Source: Microthyrium microscopicum (lineage: Eukaryota). Taken from it: a DNA stretch of 64,000 bases. Position 1 is the first letter of the stretch. Each line of letters opens with the position of its first letter. Shown piece after piece: positions 22,368-34,281 of the stretch. Made by a program: the position numbers and the translations under genes. The notes under the pieces are model-generated. The model was not told where the DNA came from. It did no database searches and saw nothing but the letters and a program-made list of their open reading frames with translations. Where the stretch lies: contig MU004230.1 in NCBI GenBank assembly GCA_010405405.1, positions 3,444,627-3,508,626 of the forward strand, written 5' to 3'.

Positions 22368-24446
22368 GATGAAGAGTTTGTTTTGATGGTGCGGATTAAG
22401 TGCTGTTTATGTGATGGGGTAAGGGATGATAGCGCGAGTTGATTAATTAGAGAGTATGGTTTGTAGGTGGTGAGATGTAGATGGTGGTGTTGTTGTCTGT
22501 TAAGTTGTTTCACAAAATATTGATTTAAGCATAGTCCCGTTCAGGCTAGCGTGGTTTTTGGTCTAAAGATTTTGGTGCTCCAACTCCAGAGCTATCTCGA
22601 ACTCTAACTTCCTACTTCCTTTTCAGATTCTGCAATGTCTGGACCATGAATTGTTGCCGCGTATTATTTTATCTATGCGTGTACGATATCGAAGACCGGG
22701 TCTTGTTCTGAAACCGTGTATGGTCAGGTTGAAGTCTCGAAGCGCATCCTCCTTGTAAGCTCGACAATGATATGACTCTACTGATGAGTTGAACCTCTTC
22801 AGCGCTTTTTAGTTCTTTCAATTGCCCAAAACCTTGACTTGCCTTTGTCGGACCCCCTTTTCTTGGGCAGTAGAGTACTCTTGCACGTCGCTTTTGAGAT
22901 ATATGAGTGTCAACAGAGGGCCTCATCAGGTTGATCCTGTAAGGGGCACGAGTCCTTCGGGAATTGATGACGCGCCTCACAATATCACTGATCCATCAAT
23001 TAGAATGCTATCAAGCTCCAGCGGCTATTACAGCGGTCGTGGACCGAAATGCCTCGAAACAGAAAGCCAAATGTCTACCAGCCTCTATGATACTGTAGTA
23101 GATATGATATTGGTTTCGCAATTCAGATATTCTTCTCATACAACAGTTGCGAGAGGTACCGAACTATGCTAGCTTTGATACGCATTCAAAAGTGCACAAA
23201 CTACAAACCGGTACTGCTGCCCACGGAGTTACGCGGCAGCTTGCGTTGGCAGTCTGCCACGGATCAGCTTGCTTCTTCGCTCATGTTCATCACAAGCATG
23301 AACAACTGACAGAAGTTATTCTTCATTGCCAATTGAAAAGAATGGAAAAGCTCCAAGTACAAGCACCAAAGCACCTTCGCAATGGCCACTGGATCAAGTA
23401 TACGCCAAAGGTTGTGGGGGCTGTCTGCCAAATCCAGCGACAACAAGCTGGCCATCTTGCCGGTAAGCTCACTTTTACTCATCGCAATGCTCACCTATAC
23501 AGGAAATTTCTTAGAGCATTTACAAACTTGCGATTGGGCAGAATTCTGACATTAATATAGGTGACACCAAAACTGAACTGATCAGCCCTAGGAGCAGCCA
23601 TGCGTGGTTCGATCCCGAAATGAGATGCCAAAAGATCGACCAGAATTGGATTGGAGCAATTAGCCATTCAGAATCATTTCATTGGATGAACTCACTATGG
23701 GAATCCGTGGAGGACATGAATTAACCTAGCCTCATCATACCTCAATATGTACATTCAAGCCAAGGTGAGGGCTCCCCTGGGACTGGTTGCAGTCACTTGC
23801 CCCATCAATATACATCGAGTTACTTGGAGTTGTAAGTTGGTCCAGTGTCAAAGGTGATTCTAAACCCTATCGCTCTGCCATGTGGATCGCGCCAGACAAG
23901 ACAAATCTATATTGCTAACCACAAAGTCTCTATAACAGGCAAAACTTGAATCATAGAGTTCCAAATACATTAGAACCAAAGGAATCAAACAAAAATGACT
24001 TGTATAGAAGATATCTCAACTCTAAAGATACCGGTCAGGTACATTTTCAGGCACAGTCGCGAGCATTTGCCAAAGCTCTCTTGAACGCATCTAGATCGTG
24101 TCTATCTATTCATATCACGAGTACAATTGATTGTAGCATGCATCCCAAAGATCCCATCGCAACTTAGATTACTGTCGATTCACTTCAAGATTGAACCCTG
24201 ACATTTACAGGCCCTCTCTGATAACGCCGCGTCCTATATGAGCCGTTCCGATTCTGGGGGAGTCTGTTATTACTCTATCTTGCTTAAAAGCGCTTAAACC
24301 CCAGTTTCCCCCATCATCGCGTTCGGGTCTAAAGTAACATCTTCAACGTTCATTTTCGACCTCTCAGCAAGATACCAGTATCACTTGATTTCTCTACCAC
24401 ACTCATTGAACTTTAAGAGGAGCAAAACAATTGCAAACAATAAACG

Positions 24447-25598
24447 ATGAGACTCGAATCATTCCTACTGCCTCTCGCAGTGTCGGCTGCCGTCGTCGAG
24501 AGACAACTTGGTGGTGCCAAAGTCGCTGGTATCACAAAGCTCACGCCAGAAGTCAATCCAAAAGCCACTCGTCAGGTCACCAGATTTGGACCACTGACAG
24601 TGAAAGGAAAAGTAAGTTACCAATTCGGGCGCTTAAACATAAATTGACTTCGAAACAGTCCGCAGGTGGTGACAGTGGTCAACAAAACTGGATATGGACC
24701 ATTCGAGATGGGCTTTGCAGAAACTGCACAGTCCTCAAGGGTCACGTTGGACTTGCAAACGTTGATGGTACACCAGTCTCACCAAACAATGACGTTTATA
24801 TCCACCACATCCTGACATTCGACACAACCAAGAAACAAAAGAGCTTCTTGTCAGGTTGTGCCTCAGGCGCAGCTGGCCTGGGAGGCGCCAAGTTCATTGG
24901 ATCAGGAGAGGATAACAACAATGTTGCTGTGTGGTACACTGCTCGGGATGGTAAATCCAACAACGGATTCCACATTGGAAGCTCAGACAGCTTTATGATG
25001 AACATTGATCTTGTCAGCTATCATGCAAATACCAAGCAGATTTATCTTACGATGGATATGGAATATCTCCCAGGTCTACAAGGAGCTGACGCTCGGTATG
25101 TATCTCGACCCTGGATGGAGTGTCTTGGGCTAACAATCATTTAGCGAAACCCTCCTGAGTGTGACCGGATGCGGTGTTCCATCGATCAAAATTTCACAAA
25201 CTGGACCCACCAACACAACCAGTGGCAAATATACATTCACTGAAGACGGTACCATTCTCGGAGCCAAGGGTCACTTGCACGTACGTTGTTCGTCAACTTC
25301 TACCATTTCTATCTGCTAACAGAAACAGGCCGGTGGAGAGAAGATGGTTATGTACATCAACGGCAAGTTTGCATGCGAGAGCAAGGCTATGTATGGAGGC
25401 GCGAAAGGTGAAAATGCCATTGACGAAATGTCCCTCTGCACAACCAGCGGTATCAAGGTCAAGAAAGGCGATGTTATGACCATGACCGCCGAGTATGATG
25501 TTTCCAAGCACCCGGTTCGCCATGAGTCTCATGGAATGGGTGCCGGCATGGCAGATATCATGGGCATGTTTGACCTTATTTTCGCAGCGCATTCTTAA
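24447..25598 (+). CDS. Secreted 335-aa protein, putative PHM/DBH-like (copper type II monooxygenase fold)
   Basis: Exons 24447-24611, 24659-25095, 25145-25280 and 25329-25598, all GT-AG. Signal peptide; motifs VYIHHIL, GAKGHLHAGG, VKKGDVMTMTAEY and DIMGMF. The gene model is well supported; the functional call is inference. Confidence 0.8.
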
Positions 25599-26005
25599 AC
25601 TGCTCAACTGAGCTGATCGACAACGTTTGAAAAATCGTACCAATCCAGCATAAGGACTTACTCTGTAAATATTATACCATTTGTGCTTTGCAACGTCCTG
25701 ACTATCTCTCGTGATACGTAAGCCAGTGAACAGTCTCTTCCTGAATATAAGGCTGAGATTACCTTGCCATGAAACATATCCACCATGAAGCACAAGCCAG
25801 ATCCTACCAAAGTAGCGGCTTATAGGCCTGCGACATAGCTTCCTATCCATTTCAGCTTTAACCAAATATCATAGATGCTGATGTGGGAACCTAAAAAGCA
25901 TTCCTATCATCATTTGACAAGGCTGAGAGCACGCTAACCATATATGGAAGGTACATGCGCAACGTGGTCAAAGACCCAAAGGCAGTCGCGACTCGCGAGC
26001 CAGTA

Positions 26006-26224
26006 CCGTAGAGAATCCTGCAGATGCAGGTTGTCTAAACCTATTTGAGATTTCAAAATTTGAATATTTCACCAATCATGTTCTATAGACTGGCACTTTG
26101 GTAATCGAATAGTTGGAATACCACACATTCGATACGAGAGAGCCAGCAAACTGGGACTTAGTAAGCTCCAAATTTGAAATCCCAAATAGGTTTAGACAAC
26201 CTGCATCTGCAGGATTCTCTACGG
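26006..26224. mobile_element. MITE (non-autonomous Tc1/mariner-superfamily-like DNA transposon), 219 bp
   Basis: 52-bp terminal inverted repeats (26006-26057 and 26173-26224, 1 mismatch) beginning CCGTAGAGAATCCTGCAGATGCAGG. TA on both flanks (26004-5, 26225-6); no ORF. Confidence 0.85.
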
Positions 26225-26484
26225 TAACCTACAACTTCAACATCTCCACTACTACCTTCTAGACTTCTAGTACTCATCAGGTCTTTCACTATCAACGCCA
26301 ACTCCATCAGAAGCAGCTTACTGGATTGATACTAGACTTTACTGAGTTTATCGTTCCTACTGGCCGTATTTCGATTAGTTGGCGTCCGTTGGATCCTGCG
26401 GCCTCATTATTCATAGGATCACGGTGACCTCACAGGTTCGCCTACAGCACTTTGAATGCAAGACTCCAGATACTTTGACTCATA

Positions 26485-28380
26485 ATGGCTCCTCCGGTCA
26501 AAGCATCGGTAGTCTATAAAAAGGTGGATGGAATTTTATCCATCACCAAAGATAGACAGCTTGTTCTTTTCACGCCAAATGTTCCACCATCATCTCCCCC
26601 AACCCTGAAAATCCATACTTCTGAGATCCGAAGTAAGCATGCATGTAGAGATGCATATTGAATTCTTGCTGATTGCTCAGATCTACAGCAAACCCCCGCT
26701 ACTAAAGCCAAGGTCTCTGTCAAAATCGTCGTTCAACCGCCTGGTGGGCCAGCTCCCGAAAACTATGTCTTCGTATTCTCATCCACCACCGCTGCTCGCG
26801 CTGAGGCCGAGGCAATAATGGATCCTCTCAAAGAGGTGTACGCCAACAATCTCAAATCAACAACTTCGGCATCAACGCCAAATGCCCCAGTAGGCTCATC
26901 TCCGGCTGCCTCTGGTCCACTGGCAATGGCACAAGTCACGGCATCAAAGACTCAGGATGTACTATCTGACGCAACGCTACTCTCGGATTTTAGTCTCCAG
27001 AAGAGTTTGCTTGATAAGAATGCTCAACTTCATCAGCGTTTCAATGAAGCTTTCAAAAAGCTCAAGAACGAGGCTGACGCAATTCCACTGGACCAGTTTT
27101 CAAAGCAATTCTGGTCGCCTAGAATTCATCTTCTCCGTGCCCATGCTATGGAGCGTTCACAGACCCAAGGAACCTACAATGTGTTTTCTGCGGTCAAACC
27201 ACAGCGAAACAATGAGGGTGTTGTCACTTTAAAACTTAGCAAGGAACAGATACAGTTAATATTCGCCCAACATCCGCTAGTCCGGAGAATATACGACGAC
27301 TTAGTGCCAAATAGAAAGAAAGAGGGTGAATTCTGGTCTGATTTCTTCGTAAGCAGACTCTTTCGGAAACTAAAGGGCGAGAAGTTCACCGCCTCGGACG
27401 TTGCGGCAATACCTGATCTGGATAAATACCTGGATTATAACGAAGATGCTGATACTGGCCCTCTGTTTGCCGTCCCAAACATTCCACGCTTTCTGGATGT
27501 CGAAGGAAACGAGCAAGATCATCCAGAGACATACGGCAATGACGACGAAACGCAACGCCCAGAGAAAGACCAAGGGTTGTTGAGAAAACTTAACACCATG
27601 AGTGGGAAAATGATGGCAAATGTAGCTCCTTTCGATAGAAGCAATCTGCATGGACCTGTTGGAATGGACGAAAAGACGTTTGACGAACTCCAACTCAAAG
27701 ATCTTCAAGGGGCTGAAGTGGATAATCGAATCTCACTCAACATCAAGGAGACACATGGACTATTCGCTGGTTCGTCAGCTCGGAATGGGCAATCATCAAC
27801 GGTCAGTTCCGCTGCAGCAATGTCAGACTTCAAGCGACAGCTTCTTGAACCTATCGGAACACCACTGGAGTTCAATGACACGTCCAAGCGCCAGGCAGCG
27901 AGCACATCAAAAGGCTTAATGAAAAGTATCAAGCAGCGAAGGAGTCTGTTATCCATCATATCCGATGCCGATACAGGACTTTCTCGCCCAACGATTGACT
28001 CCGCAATCATGACCCATAACACCACCATCGAATTCTTACATTACTTTTGGGACGTGTATCTGTCTGGAGATGAAGGTCGAACCGGAGAGCTTGCAAAACT
28101 TGTGGAGACCCTTCACAAATCCCTTGAGCGAATAGAGGCTGTAGCAACAGAGGCAGACACAGAGCTTCAGCAAAAGCAAGAGGATCAGCGTTTGAAGGAT
28201 CAGGAATTCTTCAAAAGAACCGGTAAACGTATAAGAGCACAAAATGATGCGTCAGGTGGCGGCAAAGCTCTACATGACCTGCTGAAATCTACTGAAATGG
28301 CAGTCAAATATGCGGAAACTCAGTATCAACGAACGTACCAAGAACAGGTTGCTCAGAATGGAGCACAAGTTCAAACTTAA
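26485..28380 (+). CDS. TFB1: TFIIH core subunit Tfb1/p62 (PH + BSD domains)
   Basis: ATG 26485 (MAPPVKASVVYKKVDG), intron 26633-26680. Motifs NLQQTPATKAKV, FWSPRIHLLRAHA, IFAQHPLV..EFWSDFFVSRLF and EFLHYFW. Confidence 0.92.
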
Positions 28381-29848
28381 TAGATCAGAGAAGGGACTCT
28401 GTAATTGATGAAATCATTTGATCACTTACCATTCTCCAGATTTTAGTACGTCTTCTCACTTGCCATACTGAATGAACCTACAAAGGTTGTCGAAGGTAAG
28501 AGGCGACAGGAAAGGTAGTTTTTACTAGAACTCTGAACTCAAACGTTGTTGATCTTGAAGATCTTACGATTATGTTCTAGACCTTGGGCCTGGACTTTGG
28601 CATGCAGCCTTACCTTATGCACAATCTGGTTGGCCACTTGGTGTTTTTGCGCACTTAATGAACATGGCACCTATCCCCAAAATATTTCTCCGTTCCTCCG
28701 CTCTGCTCATACTATAAATGCTTCATGAAGCTTTCATTTCGAATGCGTGATAGTGCAATCGCCAAAAAAAGAACAAGAAACGCAGGAATGCTTTGGCAAA
28801 GTCTACAGGGCGATTCCGAGAAAGTTCGGAGGATGAGTTGGCGGCAATCGCGGAACTACCTCACTTTCTGCGTTGTGCAAACGCTTCCATTTCCATCAAT
28901 TTACGCTCTCATATCAAAATGTTATACCGTCAAATCAATAATGACAATCGCCAAGATGAGCCACGTCAATATTGTAGCCCATGTCCCAATAAAGATCCAT
29001 TTTACCTGCAAGCCATGATCCAGTTTTGCACTACTGAGATGCCTCAGATGCTGGTCTTTGTATGACGCAACTATCCTACATACTATATAAATGGAGTGGC
29101 CTGATGTTTCTATGCCTTGACGTCCCCACAGTCTTGTCACTAGGCATATCTTATTGGTGCGGCAGAAACAACTCTAGACGTTATAAGCAGACATTGATGC
29201 GAATCCAGGTATGTATGAATGGTTCTTGAGTAATTCCTATAAGTCGCAGCTATGCACCAAGTTACTCTGTTCCGGTTCCGCCCATGATCCGTCTAGTCCT
29301 CTCGAAGACGTCCGTCGTAATTCACCCCTTGTAGTACGAGGGTATGCAAATAGCAACAGAGCATCTCACGCATCTCAAAATGTTGACAGCGATCGAACTT
29401 CAAGGCAATACTTGGCTGGAAAGTGAAAGAATATTTGGCTAATATATGCTCCTAGGTCTCCAAACAGTCCGAACTGGACGACTGTACCATCATGGTCAGG
29501 ATGAAAATGCTATGCATGATATAATATACTTGGACAAAGTCAACAAGCTACAGGATATCGTAAAAGGTCATTGATCTCTAGCAAGAGCATTAGGATAATG
29601 AAATCGTTCTCTCGGAGCCCACGGCTTGAACCGGGGCTGGTGATATTCGGCCCCGTAAGGCATCTTCTTTGATGGCTGCATCTGGCGCCAGGTATCATCT
29701 TGATGTTTGTTGCTGATGAAATAACTTCTGTTGCTTCCAAGGAATATTGACCAACACTGGACTTCGTGGAGTCATTTGAATCCATTGGCATCTTTTGAAC
29801 CGGTTACGGCCAGGGTAAGTCAATCCTCCAGGACTGCAAATTTGCTCA

Positions 29849-30489
29849 TCATCGATACAGTTCTCGAATAGGATCATACATGGATGTTCGAGGCGAAGTA
29901 GGATCACTCCCTATCGAAGGAAGAGTCAGCAGCGAGGTCTTTATCACCATGCCAGCTTGGTAAGCCTTACCGCCCAGGAATTGTGGTGGTGCATGGCTAA
30001 CGTCCTGGAGGCCAGCATTGGTAGGATAATATCCTGATCCGCGATGGCTTCGATTGCGATTTCGCTCATCACGGTATCGAAAGACATGCCAGAGGCACCA
30101 ACGAATGACCCAGTTGTCCCACTGGGAGCCGTCTTGAAAGTTGCCCTTGGCATACTGCTCGCGGGTGGTGGGTGAGGATAAAGCGTAGATCTCGCAGACC
30201 GCTTTGTACTGTGCTGTTTCCATGATCATATTTGACGAAAATGGAGGCTTCAGGCCTGGTGTTGACTGTGCTTGGGGCGTCAAATTTTCGAAAACGCACA
30301 TTCTTTCTCGAGCAGCGGCAGCCTCGTCCTGTTACCAAAATCAATTTGCGTCCAGCCTAAAGCACGATAAGAATAACATACCATCATGTCTCGATAAACT
30401 CTTCTATCTTGGGAGTTGTCCTCGCACAACCGCATGTGTTCTAGAAACTCCTTTTTGGACTTGCTTGGTGATAGTCGACTGAGTGTCAT
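29849..30489 (-). CDS. Conserved fungal hypothetical protein
   Basis: ATG 30489; introns 30329-30381 and 29911-29970 with canonical signals. Spliced product KEFLEHMRL..YRDMM|DEAAAARER..DNWVIRWCLWHVFRYRDERN..MYDPIRELYR. Confidence 0.7.
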
Positions 30490-33400
30490 GGTGGATGGCT
30501 CTCCAAATGATATGATTATATCCAACAGACTTGGAACCATCACAGTTTTGAAGATATACTGAGACTGTTTTTGGAGGTTTATCGTCGGTATGTCGATCGA
30601 GAGAAGGCGATTGTTGTTCAAGCTGACCATCATAGGCTAATCAACCACGTCATGTGATTACTGGATATAAATGATGGGACGATGGGGAATGATTAGGCAC
30701 AGGAATGGTGCTGTATAAGAGGGGCGCTCTTGGATCGACTGCAAGAGCCGAAGGACTATCCTATGAGAGACAACAAAGTGGTGCTTCCAAGGCGCCGGAG
30801 TTCAAGGGCGGAGCGGGTTGGTCGGATGCTGAGGATCGCTTCCCGAAGAGAGAATGCAGTCGAAGTGGGCCACTCTCTAATAAGAGGATTACTGTACGGT
30901 CGTTGGATGCCCAATGTCGAAACTGCTTTGGTAATGCAGGGTGTCGCTCTTAGCCCCCTTTCAGTGCCCGAGTGCTTGAAATGGGTGGTCTGATGATCAA
31001 TACGAACAAAAGATGTGTCCAAGAGCAACAAGATTGAGAATTGAGTCGATAGACAGAGGGGACAAGAAGAAGAAACGGCTAGGCTATGTCGGTCTTATTA
31101 TCAAAGAATATGAAAAGAGAAAAGAATCATTGGTGAAGCTTCTGGGAAAGACAGAGGATATGCAGGATCGGAAATCCGTCAGCACTTCGCCTAGCAATAA
31201 CCCTCGGATCAGGTACATCAAGCCAGTGGCATATCCAACCACACGATCCTCGGCTGCCGTCAGTGAAATATCTCCGGTAAGAGTGGCTCGAGTGCATACC
31301 CTCGACATCATCCTGAATGAGAAGCGCCTCAAGACGCTAAGGAGGGTGTCAATTGGGGGTATCCACTTGGCCCAATGTAAAATTGACGACAATCGGTGTC
31401 GAAGTCTTGGGAGGATATGGTGGCTAGAGAAAGCTAAGGAGGTTTTGGAGACTATGCAGACATGCCGAAGCTCTTTTCCACACATCTACGAGAAATGGCT
31501 TGAGCCTTGACAGCACGCACTATACAACAGTATACCGTGGGGTGTATCGCTAGTCTTCATACCAGGAGCTGTATTATGACGCATACCAGCACCCAGAGCC
31601 TGATGCTGGCCAGACTACTCTAAAGCTGGAGGAGTAGAAGAGAGTTCGATCCGCAAGTGTATTGGAATCATTTGTTATGGCCCTGCAGGGTTGGGCAGCA
31701 TCGGCACACCGTTTCCGGTAGTAGGAAGTCTTGGTGCAGGAACCGTATAGTAGGTGATGATACGAATTAGAGGTGAAATTTCTGTAGCGGCGTAGACTGG
31801 TGAGGGAAAAATGGTGGCTTGCAGCCAGCCTGGAAACCCAAACCCAAACAGAAGCAAGGTTGGCACTCTGCATGTTCAATTTGACTTTTGAGTTATCAGA
31901 CCACCCATTAATTGAGACCAGACCTGAGAGACGTGACAATCGACATGGACATCTCAACCTTCCGTCTGTCGTGAAGTCGAGAAAGGCGGTTTCTGGATAT
32001 CGAGTTGAAAAAGGTATGATTGACAGGGCGCAAAAGCAGGCTCCAGTAGTATTGGAGAAACAGCCTGCATTACGCAGAAGGCAGCGGTTGCGTGCATAAA
32101 CTCTGGTAAGCTCGAGGGCAGAGTTCAACGAAAGGAACTTTTACTATCTCGTTCACACCGGCGCAATTCGAAGCAGTGAGGTTGGCGAAAGCCGGGATCT
32201 TCAGCTGCGATTGACTGGCGACTGGGCCTAGAACAACGCCGCCGATGAGAGCTTGTAAGGCAAGATCGTGTCTGCGCTGGCTGCTGCAAGGCGTCGCCTT
32301 ACTGGGAAATCACTCAAATCCAATAATCTTAGACCCTGCTCGACTGTCCAAATAAGGATTTCATTGTTGATCTGACACTTTGAAGGTTCGTTCTTCGAGA
32401 GTCGAGACTGACAGCAGAAGGCTAGAGGTGATGGAAATAGGTCAGCGACCACAAATACAATGATCTAGTCGTCGATAGACTCAGAGAACATCTGCGTGTA
32501 GGCTGAGTTGCAGTCCTGGAGCAAACAGATGATACTGATTTACCGCATAACATTGCTCACTTGGGTATTGCTACCTCCTGAAGCAGTGGAGAAAAACCAA
32601 CCAAATTCAGAATATCGCGCTAGTGCATCTTGTCCACGAGGTCCCGGGATGAGCTCGTGTATGCCGCTTCTCCACTATGCTAAAATTTAGCCATTATTTG
32701 GTTACGAATCCAGCAAAACCTTGAATCTCTCGCCGTCGATTCGAGTTTAGTGTGCCATATGGCAATGGAACTGACGCAATGCAAGGCAACGCTTCGTACT
32801 TTTTCTCGCTTGCTGCAACAAAAGACTGGGCAAGAGGAGAGACATACATAGTACCTTTAGCACTTGGCGGTTCGTGTGCTTGAAGTAGGATGTGATACCC
32901 TTCCAGTATCCAGGTAGCCCCAGTCCTGTCCATAGCAGAGCCAATGACTTACCTTGCTCGTCGGTTAAAGCTCGACAATCGCCAAATCGAGGCTAAAGTC
33001 TAGTCCCGCTTGGGCTGCTGCTCAGTCGGAAGTCCCAACCCGAGCTGATGGATCGTGGAAACGGCCCGCTCAAACCCAGCAAAAACGTGGTTCTCACATC
33101 TTTTGGTAAATCGTAATTGTCCTTGTTCGCTATCATTGGTTACACCTTGCTCACCACACTCCGCAAGGTTTGCTTTGGAGATCTTTCCTTGATCTCCAAT
33201 TGCAAAACGTAAAGTCAAGTAAGCGAAGATCAAGTCGGGACACGGCGACGCCGAAAGTGTGGGCTCTCTTAAGATTCAAGCTAAACAGCCCTGCGAGTCA
33301 AAGCCAACATAATATGCCAACCACACTCATGCTCAACCTAGTTCGTGGTTGAAAAATGGCCTGATTCCAGCTCCTCACGTCCAAGTCCGCAGGCTTGCCG

Positions 33401-34281
33401 CCAAAGGTTGGACGGTATCGGAGTCTACCGAGCCACAAAGTCTTGACTGTTCACCACAGTGAGCCAGTGACCACCCACATTCGTCCGTCCGATAAAGCTC
33501 GGAGGTTTTCTGTTCTTCTGGGCATATCGATTCATCGAATAATCGAACGAGGGCCAGCATGCTTGCTTTGATAGTTGCAGGCCGGCTGCACACTAGCTGC
33601 CGCGTTGGGACCAAATTCTCTGATTCGGGACACCAACACGCGAGCGACAAGGAAGCACCTGCAAGCTGATGGGGTCACAGCAGCTGGGTTCAACGACAGA
33701 AGCACAGTGCAGGTATCAAACCTTCTTTTGTTCTGCCAGTTACCTTGTGATGGGCGTTGTCTTTTACAGTCGAATGCGTCAAAAGGGGCAAGAAACGTGG
33801 AATGCAATGCAGGTGCCACATGGGTAATGCTTTTTCTTGTGGCTTGAATCCAATCGAAAGGTTTCCACGTGGCATGTGGAAAATAGAAATACAAAAGTAT
33901 CCGCGATCGTTTCGATGGTCTGAAGCAATGCGCATCAAGCTACTCTACTTTAGGAGCGCTGCGTGATGCTACCGAGATGTCTCTTCCCTTATTCTTTGTT
34001 GATATCCATATTACCAGACACAATCGTCCGAGTGCATTAATGAGCGGTGAGAAGTTCAATATCTAGCTGTGATACACGATAGTATCAGTGGGTTTTGTTT
34101 GGTCTCTCTAGATTACAAGTCTGGCGTGCTTGAACATTGGGACCAGATATTTCATACAATGGAAGTCTTCCACTCTGACTCCTCTTAATTCGATCTATCG
34201 TTTTTTGAATAGTAATAAAATTTGTAAGATATCTAAAGAGGAGCAGCGATTTGTGTATTTTGAAAGGGGGTTGGTTTTACT

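Noticed and set aside
23000..23560. Protein-like fragments with an intron-like GTAAGC..CTCAC..CAG segment
   Set aside because: I could not assemble an open spliced frame or recognise a family. It may be a decayed gene.
23600..23625. GGTTCGATCCC, resembling a tRNA T-loop/B-box
   Set aside because: The flanks do not form a T-stem or cloverleaf.
28500..29500. Short plus-strand ORFs and splice-like signals downstream of TFB1
   Set aside because: No coherent gene model or recognisable homology.
31765..31785. AGAGGTGAAATT, similar to a conserved 18S rRNA segment
   Set aside because: Only a 12-nt match, with no rRNA context and no properly placed C/D boxes for a snoRNA guide.
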